From the NCBI GenBank assembly GCA_013287965.1, contig JABDCU010000004.1:13503-77502 (forward strand): a DNA stretch of 64,000 bases, in the 5' to 3' direction. The notes beneath the pieces were generated by a model. The model saw nothing but the letters and a program-made list of their open reading frames with translations. It did not search any database and had not been told where the DNA came from. The DNA is from Candidatus Omnitrophota bacterium. Lineage in GTDB: Bacteria > Omnitrophota > Gorgyraeia > Zapsychrales > Fredricksoniimonadaceae. A program made the position numbers and the translations under genes. This document shows positions 40,440 through 50,399 of this stretch, piece after piece; the first letter of the stretch is position 1, and every line of letters begins with the position of its first letter.

Positions 40440-41146
40440 TCAACAACATAAATATGGTAACATACGGCATGCTTCAAGCCTTTTTACGGGGAGCTTGTGA
40501 ACTTATCTTCCCTGACAACTGCCTGCTCTGCCGCCAATTCCTTAACAGCCGCCACCAGCGGCAGCTTTGCGCTCATTGCCTGGGTTCCCTGGAGTTTAAT
40601 CCAACGCCCTTGGGCCGGCAGTCGACCAATGGCAGCTTTGCTTTTGACCATGCCTGGTCAGTTTGCCTTTATAATGAACCAGCCCAAAAACTGCTGCACG
40701 CTTTCAAATACAACTCCAAAACATCCCTGTCTAAAACCTTTGTCCCTTTAATGATCGACTTCGTTGACCGCTTTGCCTTACCCTTACAAAAGTTTGATTT
40801 GATTACTCCCATCCCCCTGCATCCGGTAAGGCGGCGGGAAAGAGGATACAATCAGTCTGCTCTCTTGAGTTCGGGCTTAAGCCGGCACTATGGCATCTTG
40901 CATTCGGAAGATCTTTTGATACGGCAGAAGCAGACCTCCACCCAGACGGAATTAGGGGCAAAACAACGCTGGACAAACATGGAAGGTGCTTTTAGAATAA
41001 AAAGCTCGACGGATGTTGAAGGCAAGATTGTCATGCTTATTGATGATCTTTTCACGACAGGGGCCACTGTCCACAGCGCCGCGCAAGCCCTAAAAACAGC
41101 CGGCGCCGCGCGGGTAGGCGTGTTGACATTTAGTATAACGGTTTAA
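40436..41146 (+). CDS. comF: ComF-family phosphoribosyltransferase-like protein
   Basis: N-terminal Cys pairs (C..C...C..C), RGYNQS, and the PRT loop IVMLIDDLFTTGAT. The start is ambiguous (40436, 40454 or 40469). Confidence 0.8.
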   Translation: MVNNINMVTYGMLQAFLRGACELIFPDNCLLCRQFLNSRHQRQLCAHCLGSLEFNPTPLGRQSTNGSFAFDHAWSVCLYNEPAQKLLHAFKYNSKTSLSKTFVPLMIDFVDRFALPLQKFDLITPIPLHPVRRRERGYNQSALLSSGLSRHYGILHSEDLLIRQKQTSTQTELGAKQRWTNMEGAFRIKSSTDVEGKIVMLIDDLFTTGATVHSAAQALKTAGAARVGVLTFSITV

Positions 41147-41149
41147 AAT

Positions 41150-42238
41150 ATGCGTATACTGCGAAATTATATTCTAAGAGAATGCCTTCAGCCTTTCACA
41201 CTTTCGATCAGTGTGCTGACCAGCGTCTTTTTACTGGGCTATTTACCGCAATTGGCCAACAAGGTCATTAATAATGGTGTCTCGCTGACCGCCATGAGCC
41301 AGGTCTTCGTCTATTATATCCCCATCCTTTTAGGTTATACCCTGCCCATTGCCTGCCTGATCACGGTGATCCTGGCCTTGGGACATATGTCCGCGGAAAA
41401 TGAAATTTTGGCCATGCGCGCCTCGGGCATTCACCTGCTGCGTCTGCTTAGCCCGCTGACAGTCGTGGGCATTGCCTTATGCCTGGTAGTCTATCTTCTC
41501 AACGACCGCATCATTCCCGAAGCTTATGACGCCCAATCACGCATCTTGCAGGAAACAGGCAGCCAGGACCCCTCGGCCATGCTGGAGCCCGGCAGTTTTA
41601 TCAATGCCTTTGATAAATACATCATTTTTATTTACCGGATGGACAATGACCTGTTATATGGCGTGCGCATCTATGAACCGGCACCTAATAAACCCACCAA
41701 AACCATCATTGCCGAGCAAGGTGAATTTGTCCATGTCCCGGGAAAAGACCAGCTGATGCTCAAGCTCCTCAACGGCACCTCCGATGAGCCTGACCTGAGC
41801 AATCCCAATAATTTTTATAAGCTTAATTTCCAGCAGTCATTTATCAGGATGGACCTTTCCAAAAAGAACCCGAAGGCCGAGAAAAAATCAAAAGCCATGA
41901 CATTACGGGAATTGCACAAGAAGATCAAGGGCCTGCGCCATTTGTCCATTGACCCATCCCCCCTGATCGCTGAATACCAGCGCCGCCTGGCATGGTCGCT
42001 GTCGCCGTTAATATTTATCTTCCTGGGTTTTCCCTTCGCGGCCATCACCAACCGCAGGGCCAAATCCGCCAATCTTTTGTATGCCTTATTATTCGCCGCC
42101 CCTTATTACATTTTATCGTTAGCTTGCCAAGGCATGGCCTCCCAAAATGTTTTGAACCCCGTTCTTTTAATGTGGGCGCCCAATGGCCTTGCCCTTATCG
42201 TGGCCATTTTTTTGAACTGGAAACTATGCACCCGTTAG
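41150..42238 (+). CDS. lptF: LPS export ABC permease LptF (YjgP/YjgQ family)
   Basis: MRILRNYILRE start, six TM segments, a central periplasmic domain, and pairing with the following paralog. Confidence 0.8.
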   Translation: MRILRNYILRECLQPFTLSISVLTSVFLLGYLPQLANKVINNGVSLTAMSQVFVYYIPILLGYTLPIACLITVILALGHMSAENEILAMRASGIHLLRLLSPLTVVGIALCLVVYLLNDRIIPEAYDAQSRILQETGSQDPSAMLEPGSFINAFDKYIIFIYRMDNDLLYGVRIYEPAPNKPTKTIIAEQGEFVHVPGKDQLMLKLLNGTSDEPDLSNPNNFYKLNFQQSFIRMDLSKKNPKAEKKSKAMTLRELHKKIKGLRHLSIDPSPLIAEYQRRLAWSLSPLIFIFLGFPFAAITNRRAKSANLLYALLFAAPYYILSLACQGMASQNVLNPVLLMWAPNGLALIVAIFLNWKLCTR

Positions 42239-42251
42239 GCGGCTTTAAACC

Positions 42252-43364
42252 ATGCGTATTTTAGACCGTTATATTTTGAGATCTATCCTGATCACCTTCG
42301 CGGGGACGATGTTTACCTTCGCGTTTTTATTCATCCTTGTTGACCTGTTCAGTAATTTGCAGGATTTTATCGCGAAAAATGTAGGGCTGGACGTGATCGC
42401 GCAATACTACCTTTCATTTTTGCCCTCGATCATCGTGCAAACTTCCACCATGGCCTGCCTGATCTCTGTCCTGTTTACCTATAGCAGCCTCAACGCCCAC
42501 AATGAGATCATCGCCATCAGGGCCTCCGGCATGAATTTCTGGCAGATCACCCGTCCGGCGCTGGTCTTTGCCCTCTTTGTTTCAGCTTTAGTATTTTTAG
42601 TGAATGAAAAATTCGTGCCGCAATCCTCAATGGTCAACCAAGAGATACGCGACACCCAGATCAAGGTCGTCCCTTCCCAAAAAGGCAAGGGGCTGCCCCC
42701 CATCCACAATCTTACCTTCTACGGCATGAAAAACCGCCTGTTTTTTATCGACACCTTTGACCCTAACACCAATGAGTTGACCGGTATCACCATCATCGGG
42801 CATGACCATAATCAAAACCTGGTTGAGAAGATCGTGGCCCTTAAAGGCAAATGGACGGGCATCGCCTGGAAATTCTTTAACTGCCAGACAACAGCGTATA
42901 ACAGCACCCTGCCCAACGACCCTCCCAGCAGTATCCACATGTCGATGGAAAAATTGATGGACATCAAAGAAACACCTAAGGATTTCTTAAGACAAAGGAT
43001 GGACATCACGTCGATGAACCTGCGCCAACTGCATGGCTATATCAAACGTTTTGCCGGCAGCGGGGCGTTAAAGACGCTCAATAATCTGCGGGTCGACCTG
43101 CATGAGAAGATCACCTTCCCCTTACGCAATTTTATCATTGTTTTGATCGGCTTGCCTTTCGCGCTGATGTCGGTGGGGAAACGTAAAGCGATGACCTTTA
43201 CTTCCATTGCCATTGCCCTGGTCATCGGATTTCTTTATTATGTTTCAGACGCGGTGGGATTGGCCCTGGCCAAAGGCGAAGCATTATTACCGTGGGAAGG
43301 GGCGTGGCTGACCCCTATCCTGTTTACCCTCGTGGCCCTCTTCATTATCATCAGGAATTTTTAA
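42252..43364 (+). CDS. lptG: LPS export ABC permease LptG (YjgP/YjgQ family)
   Basis: MRILDRYILRS start and the same architecture as lptF. Confidence 0.8.
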   Translation: MRILDRYILRSILITFAGTMFTFAFLFILVDLFSNLQDFIAKNVGLDVIAQYYLSFLPSIIVQTSTMACLISVLFTYSSLNAHNEIIAIRASGMNFWQITRPALVFALFVSALVFLVNEKFVPQSSMVNQEIRDTQIKVVPSQKGKGLPPIHNLTFYGMKNRLFFIDTFDPNTNELTGITIIGHDHNQNLVEKIVALKGKWTGIAWKFFNCQTTAYNSTLPNDPPSSIHMSMEKLMDIKETPKDFLRQRMDITSMNLRQLHGYIKRFAGSGALKTLNNLRVDLHEKITFPLRNFIIVLIGLPFALMSVGKRKAMTFTSIAIALVIGFLYYVSDAVGLALAKGEALLPWEGAWLTPILFTLVALFIIIRNF

Positions 43365-46300
43365 TTATTGGATAAAATCCAGCAGATCGGGAATGCGGGT
43401 AACCGCGACGATGACCCCATAAAGCCCTTGAGACCTCAAAAGCATGTTCTCAAACGGCTGATCACTGATAATATTTGTCATCAGGCGGCCGTGACGTTCT
43501 AATGGGATATTGTTTAACTTAATACCGCCTGGGACCGTCATAGCCCTGCTCGCGGTAGCAATCCTCTTTGCCGGAACCTCCACTTTTAAAGATTGATCAT
43601 TCTCAACAGATCCGTCGAGACTTTCGACAAATTGCTGCAACTTTCCCATTGCCCGCCGAGTTAAAGCTATTTTGCCAGGCGTATCGTGCACACTTACAAG
43701 CGCAGCAAGTTCTTCACTTCTTAAACTTTCTTTCAAAGGGGCCAATTCAGGACATGCGCTATAAAGATGATCAAGATAAAACAATATGTCCGCATGTCCC
43801 CGGCGATTGTGAAATTCCAATACGCTGTTATTTGCCTGGTGGTATGTATCAAGAAATGACCTAAAACCATCGCCATCCCTATTTATTTCATGGCCATCCA
43901 TATCTCTCCAAACAAATAACCCTCCACTTCCATACAGTAAAAGCCTGGCTTCATCAGGATCAATGGATAGCTGGGGAGGTTCCTCGACTTTAATCTCTAT
44001 TGGTGGGGGTTCAATTTGCCAACTTTCTTCTCTTTCCCACTGTTCCTCAAAAGCCTTACGTCTTGCTTCAATTACTGCAACGAGATCAGGACTGGCTTCG
44101 TTTAAAACGTCGTACGCAATACCATATTCCTTAATCATACGATAAATCGATACCTTTTCATGAGAGGCTTGAAAAGCCCCTTCCATCACTTTATAAAGCC
44201 GTTCTCTTCCAGGTTCTCGATACATATCAACAAATTCTTGCATGTATCCGGCAAACTGCCGGCGACTTTCTTCATAAAATTGATCAATCGCCCATTTTTC
44301 CCTATGTTGGAACGCCCATACAATTCTACGAAATTTAGCACTGTCTTTGCCATTGCGCTGTGAATGTTCAAAATCAAAAGGATTGACTAACCATCCATTA
44401 ACTCTGTGCTTGATCCATTCCAATGGGCCGCCGGTCGCCGTAGCAATGGACGGGTGGCCGTTAAAACCCGACCTATTATCACTTGTACCAGATGCCTCTC
44501 GAGTCATCCATGGCATCACTAACCAGCAATCAGCTCCTGCTGTTGCCTCTTTCATGAATTCTGTTCCTGTTGTCCTTTCAATGATCACAAATTTTCCTTT
44601 AATATCAGGCTCCTGTGCCAGCCCTGTTAATACACTCACCCACTCAGGGGCCACGCCATCAAGAGCTTCACCGGCCAATAAAAGATTTGCTCCGAGCCCA
44701 TTCCTTGGTCCTAAGGGTGAATCATACACTTTATCTGGGTCACCAACGATCCACCTGATCATAGGAATGAACAGGGCCTGGGATTTATATTCTACCATCC
44801 TTCGAACAGCGGCAAACAATGGCCTGTGATTGTCAGTAAACCCCTCAAATCCCATACTCCTTATATAATCATTTAAATCATTTTTCTGGCCTGATCCAAT
44901 ATTAAACAGTTCCTGTCCAGTAATATGGGCTATCCCTTTTTGTGAAATAAGCCTGTTAAGCCCATCAGAGCGCCACAAGGGCGGTAAAGATCCATTCTGG
45001 ATGCCGGTTGTTTTGTGCGCAAAACCGGGTAAAATTGCTTCACGGGTAATATCAGCAGCTTCCAGCGAAACGCCGTTAATCAAATCCGCATGATGTGCCA
45101 TAGCTCCGGCTGCATTCACTTGCCCGTTATATATAATATCGTCTCGCACAAGATCAGAACCCACCAGGTATTTTAAATGTCCAACGTCTTTCCAAACAGG
45201 CAATGCGCCAAATTCAGGAGTATGTGTCGTCATTACAAACTTGGTTGCTACAAAAATGCTCCGTTCACCTTTTTCTCTTTTGGCATCAATATCGTTCAAT
45301 ACGGCTGTCATGACAAAAATCAATTGCGGCTCGCTTAATCGTATTATGCGGGGAGCAATGCCTAAGGCATAACATAGCTCAACATAGGCCTTACCCATAA
45401 AACCATATTGTACTACTTGCTCGTCGCCTCCCGGGTACAACCTTTTAAACAGGTCGCGTTGTTTGATAGCCAATACGGGTGTTCCATTCGCATCGACCCA
45501 GTAGATATAGGCGCGTTCTTTTTTCCCTTTGAAATCCACATCAATGGAAAGGGCATGGCTATTGCCTTTCCCATCTTGAACAATAACAGGATGGACCCCT
45601 TCCTGGTGGTCCCAGTCAACTTCAACGCCATTCTTATCATTGCTATAAAGCGGCATAACGCCTGCGGCATTCCACTTGGGCAAAAGAGCGTTATAGGATT
45701 GAAAAGTTTCACCTGCCAGGAAGCCAAGCCCTCCTTTGCCTAACGCTAGTTGGGCCGTCCCTTTAATGGGAACTAAGAAAGATTCAAGGGTCACATCAGT
45801 GATGGCCCCACTCCCCTTTGGATATTGCAAATCGGAAATAACCTTCTCAGGGCCGTTTACAATCTGCAATTGTTTCCCGTGATAAAACGCCTTGGATGGC
45901 TCAATTTGGGCTGCAGTTTTCTTGAAATCGACCTGAAGGTCAATATCATTTTCTGTCGTAGCCATGGCCTTGTTGAAACTGCCTAAAGAGGCCGGCTCGC
46001 GCATGATCGGCTGCTCTACAAAACCCCCCGAAAAATACTTCCTGGGAACAGGCTGTTTGGAAAACCGGTCAGTTTCTTCCTTAATATAGTTAAAAACGCC
46101 TTTCTTATACGCAGCCAGATATTGATGATAGATACGATCTTTGTTTTTAGGATCACTGACATCAATGCCTGCTATCTTGCTGCGTCCTGAATAATCTTTA
46201 TTGAGTATCGATGATTTGAAGACATCCCTGTACCATTGCGCGAGGATCAGGGCATAGAACACCTGCCTTAACGGCGCGAAATTCCGGTCTTCATTCACTT

Positions 46301-47072
46301 CTTTTTCTATCGCGGGAATAATGACAACACGCATGATCTGTTTGGAAATATCCTTAACAGGCGCGTGGCTTGACTCCGGGTTCCTTTTACCTTGCCGGCT
46401 TTGGGCCAGCAAATCTTCTTCCAGCATGACCTTCAAATGCGCATGGATGATGTAAACCGTATTGTCCTTTTCATAAACGGAAGCTTTTTCAGGAAGGATC
46501 CAAACTTTATTGAATATATTGATCGGGACCTCGGTGACCCCGAATTTTCTATAAGCCCCCTCATAAACTTCATTCCAAAATGACCGGCCAAGCCTGCTTT
46601 CCGGATATATAAGGGAAGAGCTGATCTGTTTGAGGATATAGTCCTCGGCCAAAAGGTCGCGGCCTAACTCGGTCTTGATCAAGGCATCCGGAATGATATG
46701 GTTTTTCTCAAACGGTGATAAATTGACCCACAGGTCCTTTTCAGGGATGGCCAAAGAGGCCAGGAAATAATTGACCATGCGCTGGGATGTTTTCTTAAAA
46801 TCATCAGCGCTTAATTTTTCATCGCCGGGATCTACAATGAAATCAAACTTGAAGGGATCTTCAGGGTGGACTTTCAAGCCCTTTATTAAAACAGGTTCAA
46901 AGGCCGGGCTTAAAGTGACCCTTGTCCCTGGTTTAGGCAAGATGAATGGCAGGCCTGCTGGATCAACGGGAAGTGAGTGGGAATAGGCAAACGATGGGAA
47001 AATAGATGTTACTAAAAAACTAAGTAAAACCCAAGCACATAAAACGCGGCGTAAAATGATCATTAGCCTCAC
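43365..47072 (-). CDS. secreted 1235-aa paralog of the giant protein: shared N-domain + GT35 (alpha-glucan phosphorylase)-like core + shared C-terminal domain
   Basis: Signal peptide. Residues 50-350 align with the giant protein (LSPAFEPVLIKGLKVHPEDPFKFDFI, YFLASLAIPEKDLWVNLSP, GRDLLAEDYILKQI, KGVFNYIKE, PRKYFSGG). Residues 440-900 carry GKGGLGFLAGE, TTHTPEFGA, GIQNGS and REASGTSDNRSGFNG. The C-terminus PGGIKL...GLYGVIVAVTRIP parallels GGIDF...GFVPVIISIQP. Confidence 0.85.
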   Translation of the reverse strand: MRLMIILRRVLCAWVLLSFLVTSIFPSFAYSHSLPVDPAGLPFILPKPGTRVTLSPAFEPVLIKGLKVHPEDPFKFDFIVDPGDEKLSADDFKKTSQRMVNYFLASLAIPEKDLWVNLSPFEKNHIIPDALIKTELGRDLLAEDYILKQISSSLIYPESRLGRSFWNEVYEGAYRKFGVTEVPINIFNKVWILPEKASVYEKDNTVYIIHAHLKVMLEEDLLAQSRQGKRNPESSHAPVKDISKQIMRVVIIPAIEKEVNEDRNFAPLRQVFYALILAQWYRDVFKSSILNKDYSGRSKIAGIDVSDPKNKDRIYHQYLAAYKKGVFNYIKEETDRFSKQPVPRKYFSGGFVEQPIMREPASLGSFNKAMATTENDIDLQVDFKKTAAQIEPSKAFYHGKQLQIVNGPEKVISDLQYPKGSGAITDVTLESFLVPIKGTAQLALGKGGLGFLAGETFQSYNALLPKWNAAGVMPLYSNDKNGVEVDWDHQEGVHPVIVQDGKGNSHALSIDVDFKGKKERAYIYWVDANGTPVLAIKQRDLFKRLYPGGDEQVVQYGFMGKAYVELCYALGIAPRIIRLSEPQLIFVMTAVLNDIDAKREKGERSIFVATKFVMTTHTPEFGALPVWKDVGHLKYLVGSDLVRDDIIYNGQVNAAGAMAHHADLINGVSLEAADITREAILPGFAHKTTGIQNGSLPPLWRSDGLNRLISQKGIAHITGQELFNIGSGQKNDLNDYIRSMGFEGFTDNHRPLFAAVRRMVEYKSQALFIPMIRWIVGDPDKVYDSPLGPRNGLGANLLLAGEALDGVAPEWVSVLTGLAQEPDIKGKFVIIERTTGTEFMKEATAGADCWLVMPWMTREASGTSDNRSGFNGHPSIATATGGPLEWIKHRVNGWLVNPFDFEHSQRNGKDSAKFRRIVWAFQHREKWAIDQFYEESRRQFAGYMQEFVDMYREPGRERLYKVMEGAFQASHEKVSIYRMIKEYGIAYDVLNEASPDLVAVIEARRKAFEEQWEREESWQIEPPPIEIKVEEPPQLSIDPDEARLLLYGSGGLFVWRDMDGHEINRDGDGFRSFLDTYHQANNSVLEFHNRRGHADILFYLDHLYSACPELAPLKESLRSEELAALVSVHDTPGKIALTRRAMGKLQQFVESLDGSVENDQSLKVEVPAKRIATASRAMTVPGGIKLNNIPLERHGRLMTNIISDQPFENMLLRSQGLYGVIVAVTRIPDLLDFIQ

Positions 47073-47218
47073 GGGTATTTTTTATTATTAAAAAATCTTG
47101 TTTACAGATTAACACATTCATTTTTAAAAGCAAATTTTTGTCAAGACACAACATATTGACAATAAGAGAGTTAAAAAAATGTTAAAAATTTGTTAAGTAA
47201 TGTTTTTATTTTACGATT

Positions 47219-48391
47219 TTAGGAATGATAAATGCGCGGGAGGCGGCTGCCTAAAGAGCAGAGGATCTCATAGCTGATGGTGTCTGCCCATTGGGCGATT
47301 TCGTCTGCTGAAATTGTTGAGCCTTTTTGAACGCCCATGATGACAGCTTCATCGCCAATTTTAGGAATATGGCCTGAAAGAGTGACTGCGGTGATGTCCA
47401 CAATGATCTGGTCCATGGTCACACGCCCTACCACCGGACAACGCACACCAGCCACCAGAACAAAAGCTTTATTGGACAAGGAACGCAAATACCCGTTGCT
47501 GTAACCAATGGACAAAACCGCAACGGTAATATCTTCCTTGGCCTTAAAGGTATGTCCGTAGCTGATGCCCCGGCCACGGGCAATGGTCTGCACAAAAATA
47601 ATGCGGGCCTTGACCGACATCACCGGCTTTAAATGGACCTTCTTTTTTAAATCTTCCAGCGGATAAACGCCGTAGAGCATAATACCTGGACGGGCCAGGT
47701 TAAAAAGATCAGACTTATAATCGCCCAGCCCCATGCTGTTGCCCGCGTGCACATACGTAAAAGTGATGAATTGATTTTCCAGGGAATACACGATGTCACG
47801 AAAACGGCGCATCTGGCCTAAAGTAAAATCACGGTCCGTGTCAGCGAGAGGAAGATGGGTATAAATGCCTTCCAGGATTAAATTAGGGCATTGGGCTTTA
47901 AGTGATTCCACAAAGGGCAGGGCCTGCTCTTCATTGACCCCCAAACGGCCCATCCCGGTGTCTATTTTGATATGCACAGGGATTTGGATACCTGCCTGAT
48001 GAGCACAGCGGTCTAATGCCTGGGCCATTTCCAAAGAACAAACCGTCGGTGTCAGTTTATATTCGACGATATCACGGGCTTCGGAGGCCAAAGTGGATTC
48101 GAACAATAGGACCTTCTGCTGGAAACCCGTGGCGCGCAGGGTCACGCCTTCGGTGGTATTGGAAACCCCCCAATATTTACAGCCGCACTCCCTCAAACAC
48201 TCGGCAACCTGGACCATCCCGTGGCCATAAGCATCGGCTTTGATGACCGGCACAATACCCAAAGAATGCGACATGTTTTTAGCGGCAACCTTCTGCAATT
48301 GTTCAAAATTATGCGCCAGCGCTTTAAGGTCTATCTCACACCAGGTCGGCGGATGAACAACTGTTTCGAAATTTAATATTTTAAGTTGCAT
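47219..48391 (-). CDS. alr: alanine racemase
   Basis: PLP-lysine motif VIKADAYGHG and a C-terminal beta domain. Confidence 0.9.
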   Translation of the reverse strand: MQLKILNFETVVHPPTWCEIDLKALAHNFEQLQKVAAKNMSHSLGIVPVIKADAYGHGMVQVAECLRECGCKYWGVSNTTEGVTLRATGFQQKVLLFESTLASEARDIVEYKLTPTVCSLEMAQALDRCAHQAGIQIPVHIKIDTGMGRLGVNEEQALPFVESLKAQCPNLILEGIYTHLPLADTDRDFTLGQMRRFRDIVYSLENQFITFTYVHAGNSMGLGDYKSDLFNLARPGIMLYGVYPLEDLKKKVHLKPVMSVKARIIFVQTIARGRGISYGHTFKAKEDITVAVLSIGYSNGYLRSLSNKAFVLVAGVRCPVVGRVTMDQIIVDITAVTLSGHIPKIGDEAVIMGVQKGSTISADEIAQWADTISYEILCSLGSRLPRIYHS

Positions 48392-49142
48392 TTTTGGGGG
48401 TCACCTGGCAGTCTTGCGGATACAAATACAACGGCAAAAGGCCTGCGGCATCATCGTATTGTTTCTTTCGAAAGCGCTCATAAGCCAACGCTGCCATCAC
48501 ACGCGCTTGAGGATGCCAGTATTTTTCATCAGCAAAGAAGCATTTACAGGTACTGCTCTTCTTAGAAGCATATTTTTGATACGCTTCTTCAATATCTTTA
48601 CGATATAGGCTGAGGCCATCACCCGTAAAAAGCGTCCTGCCATGTACTTTATCTAAAACATCTTCAAGTGAGGTCAATAAATAGTCACTGGTGCGCCCCT
48701 TGGGACCATAGAGGCAGGCATACACCTTGTCCCGGCGGGCATCGGCGATGACGCAGATTTCGTCATAATGAGAAAATGGATTCCCGCGAGCAACTGCGAG
48801 TGTCCGGTATGAGGACCTTGCGCGGGAATGACAAATTCCAGAAGCAATGATGTCCAGGGTTGGGATGCCGACCACGGGCTTACCCGTACTCATCGCAAAA
48901 GCCTTCACCGTACTTAAGCCCACCCGCAAGCTGGTAAAAGAACCCGGGCCTAAACCAATGGCAAAGCCGTCAACCTGGCTGAACTTGACCCCGGCCAGGC
49001 CAAGCATTTTATCCATTGCCGGTAAAATGGAATCCTCCAGCACTAAAGCAGATTTTAAATTCCTAAAACGTAAGACCTGCTCATCTTTGTTAAGGGCTAA
49101 TGAGAAGATCTTGGTTGAGGTTTCGAAGGACAAGAAATACAT
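48381..49142 (-). CDS. tsaB: tRNA t6A37 biosynthesis protein TsaB, carrying an in-frame palindromic element
   Basis: Motifs LSFETST, GLGPGSFTSLRVGLS and KPVVGIPTLD. The insert HSRARSSYRTLAVARGNPFS is encoded by the repeat at 48778..48833. Confidence 0.85.
   Translation of the reverse strand: MYFLSFETSTKIFSLALNKDEQVLRFRNLKSALVLEDSILPAMDKMLGLAGVKFSQVDGFAIGLGPGSFTSLRVGLSTVKAFAMSTGKPVVGIPTLDIIASGICHSRARSSYRTLAVARGNPFSHYDEICVIADARRDKVYACLYGPKGRTSDYLLTSLEDVLDKVHGRTLFTGDGLSLYRKDIEEAYQKYASKKSSTCKCFFADEKYWHPQARVMAALAYERFRKKQYDDAAGLLPLYLYPQDCQVTPKNAT
48778..48833. repeat. 56-nt long form of the GGATTCCCGC...GCGGGAATGACA element, in-frame inside tsaB
   Basis: Same termini and same first 27 nt as 8483..8538. 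The reading frame stays open through it. Confidence 0.85.
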
Positions 49143-49567
49143 ATTTGGCGTTGATGCTCTCCCTTATGCTGAAATTCCACTAAGTAATATTTCTTTGGTT
49201 TGTGTTCGCCTAAGCGCTCGGGCCACTCGATGAGGCTGATGCCCTCTCCGTAAAAATAGTCGTCAAAATCAAGGCTGTCCAATTCTTTGGGATTGCCCAG
49301 ACGGTAAAGGTCAAAATGATAGATGGGCAGCTTTCCCTTATAGTAATTCATCAGCACAAAGGTGGGGCTGACGATCTTTTTAGAGGAAACCTTAAGCGCT
49401 GATCCCAAACCTTTGACAAAGGTGGTTTTGCCGGCACCTAAGTCACCCTGTAAAAGAACAATGTCACCAGCTTTGAGCTGGCCCGCAAAACGCTGTGCGC
49501 ATAGCTTGGTTTCTTCTTCGCTATTAGAAATGAGCGAAACTTTTGGAATTAATTTTTTCTTTAACAT
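49097..49567 (-). CDS. tsaE: tRNA t6A37 biosynthesis ATPase TsaE
   Basis: Walker A motif GDLGAGKTTFVKG and SPTF. The start is placed at MLKKKL (49567). The ORF track extension to 49687 overlaps thiL and looks spurious. Confidence 0.85.
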   Translation of the reverse strand: MLKKKLIPKVSLISNSEEETKLCAQRFAGQLKAGDIVLLQGDLGAGKTTFVKGLGSALKVSSKKIVSPTFVLMNYYKGKLPIYHFDLYRLGNPKELDSLDFDDYFYGEGISLIEWPERLGEHKPKKYYLVEFQHKGEHQRQICISCPSKPQPRSSH

Positions 49568-50399
49568 CAGCGGTGATGGTACCAATGGGATAAAAATAAA
49601 ATGATCTTGCCTTAGCCTGCCAGTCCATGAGCGCACGGGCCTTTGCAGGGGACAGTGTGAACAAAAGTTCGAAATCTTCCCCGTCATTTAACGCCTGGGA
49701 CAAACTCGCACCCTTATGCCGCGGGATGGACGCATGATCCAAGCGCGCCCCGACCCTGCTGGCTTTGAGGATATGATTCAAGTCGCCAGACAAGCCGTCA
49801 GATATGTCCATCATAGCGCTCGGCTTGAAATTCTCAACCAAAAATCTTGCCTGGGGCACGCGCGGAAAAAAAATCAAATGCCTGCCGCTTTTCAAAGAAC
49901 CGCCCAAAGGCCCGGTCACAAATATCCAATCCCTTGGCCCTGCGCCTTCGCGGGTTGTCAGGTATTTCTTTTCCACCAAGCCCAACAATGCAATATTAAT
50001 GATGATCTTGTCTGTCTTAATAGTGTCCCCGCCGACAATGCTGACATTAAAAGCACGAGCTGTGCGCTCCATTCCTTTATAAATGTCTTTGATGAACGGC
50101 ACGGGCAAATTCTTTGGGACACCGATAGAAACAACTGCAAAAGTGGGACAGCCACCCATGGCTGCGATATCGCTGATACTGCAAGCTAAAGCTTTATGTC
50201 CAATCCCTTGAGGAGACATACGGCGGGTAAAATGCGTGCCTTCAGCCAGCATATCAGTCGTGAATAGCAAGTATTCGCTTTTACTGTACGGCAAAACAGC
50301 CGCGTCATCCCCAATTCCTCTAATTACAGATTTGGAAACAGGCGCATATTGCTTGAGTGCGTCAATTAAGGCAAATTCACCGAGTTGGGAGATTTTCAT
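49524..50399 (-). CDS. thiL: thiamine-monophosphate kinase
   Basis: Motifs GEFALID, GIGDDAAVL and DISDGL, with AIR-synthase-like domains. Confidence 0.85.
   Translation of the reverse strand: MKISQLGEFALIDALKQYAPVSKSVIRGIGDDAAVLPYSKSEYLLFTTDMLAEGTHFTRRMSPQGIGHKALACSISDIAAMGGCPTFAVVSIGVPKNLPVPFIKDIYKGMERTARAFNVSIVGGDTIKTDKIIINIALLGLVEKKYLTTREGAGPRDWIFVTGPLGGSLKSGRHLIFFPRVPQARFLVENFKPSAMMDISDGLSGDLNHILKASRVGARLDHASIPRHKGASLSQALNDGEDFELLFTLSPAKARALMDWQAKARSFYFYPIGTITADVKEKINSKSFAHF

Noticed and set aside
47073-47218. Sigma70 promoter for the 1235-aa gene in the AT-rich spacer (TTGACA on the minus strand near 47135..47140)
   Set aside because: A -35-like hexamer is present, but I could not pair it with a convincing -10 at 16-18 nt spacing. 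The evidence is too weak to annotate.
49568-49687. 40-aa N-terminal extension of tsaE from the ORF track
   Set aside because: It overlaps the 3' end of thiL in another frame and has no similarity to TsaE. The typical TsaE N-terminus starts at MLKKKL.
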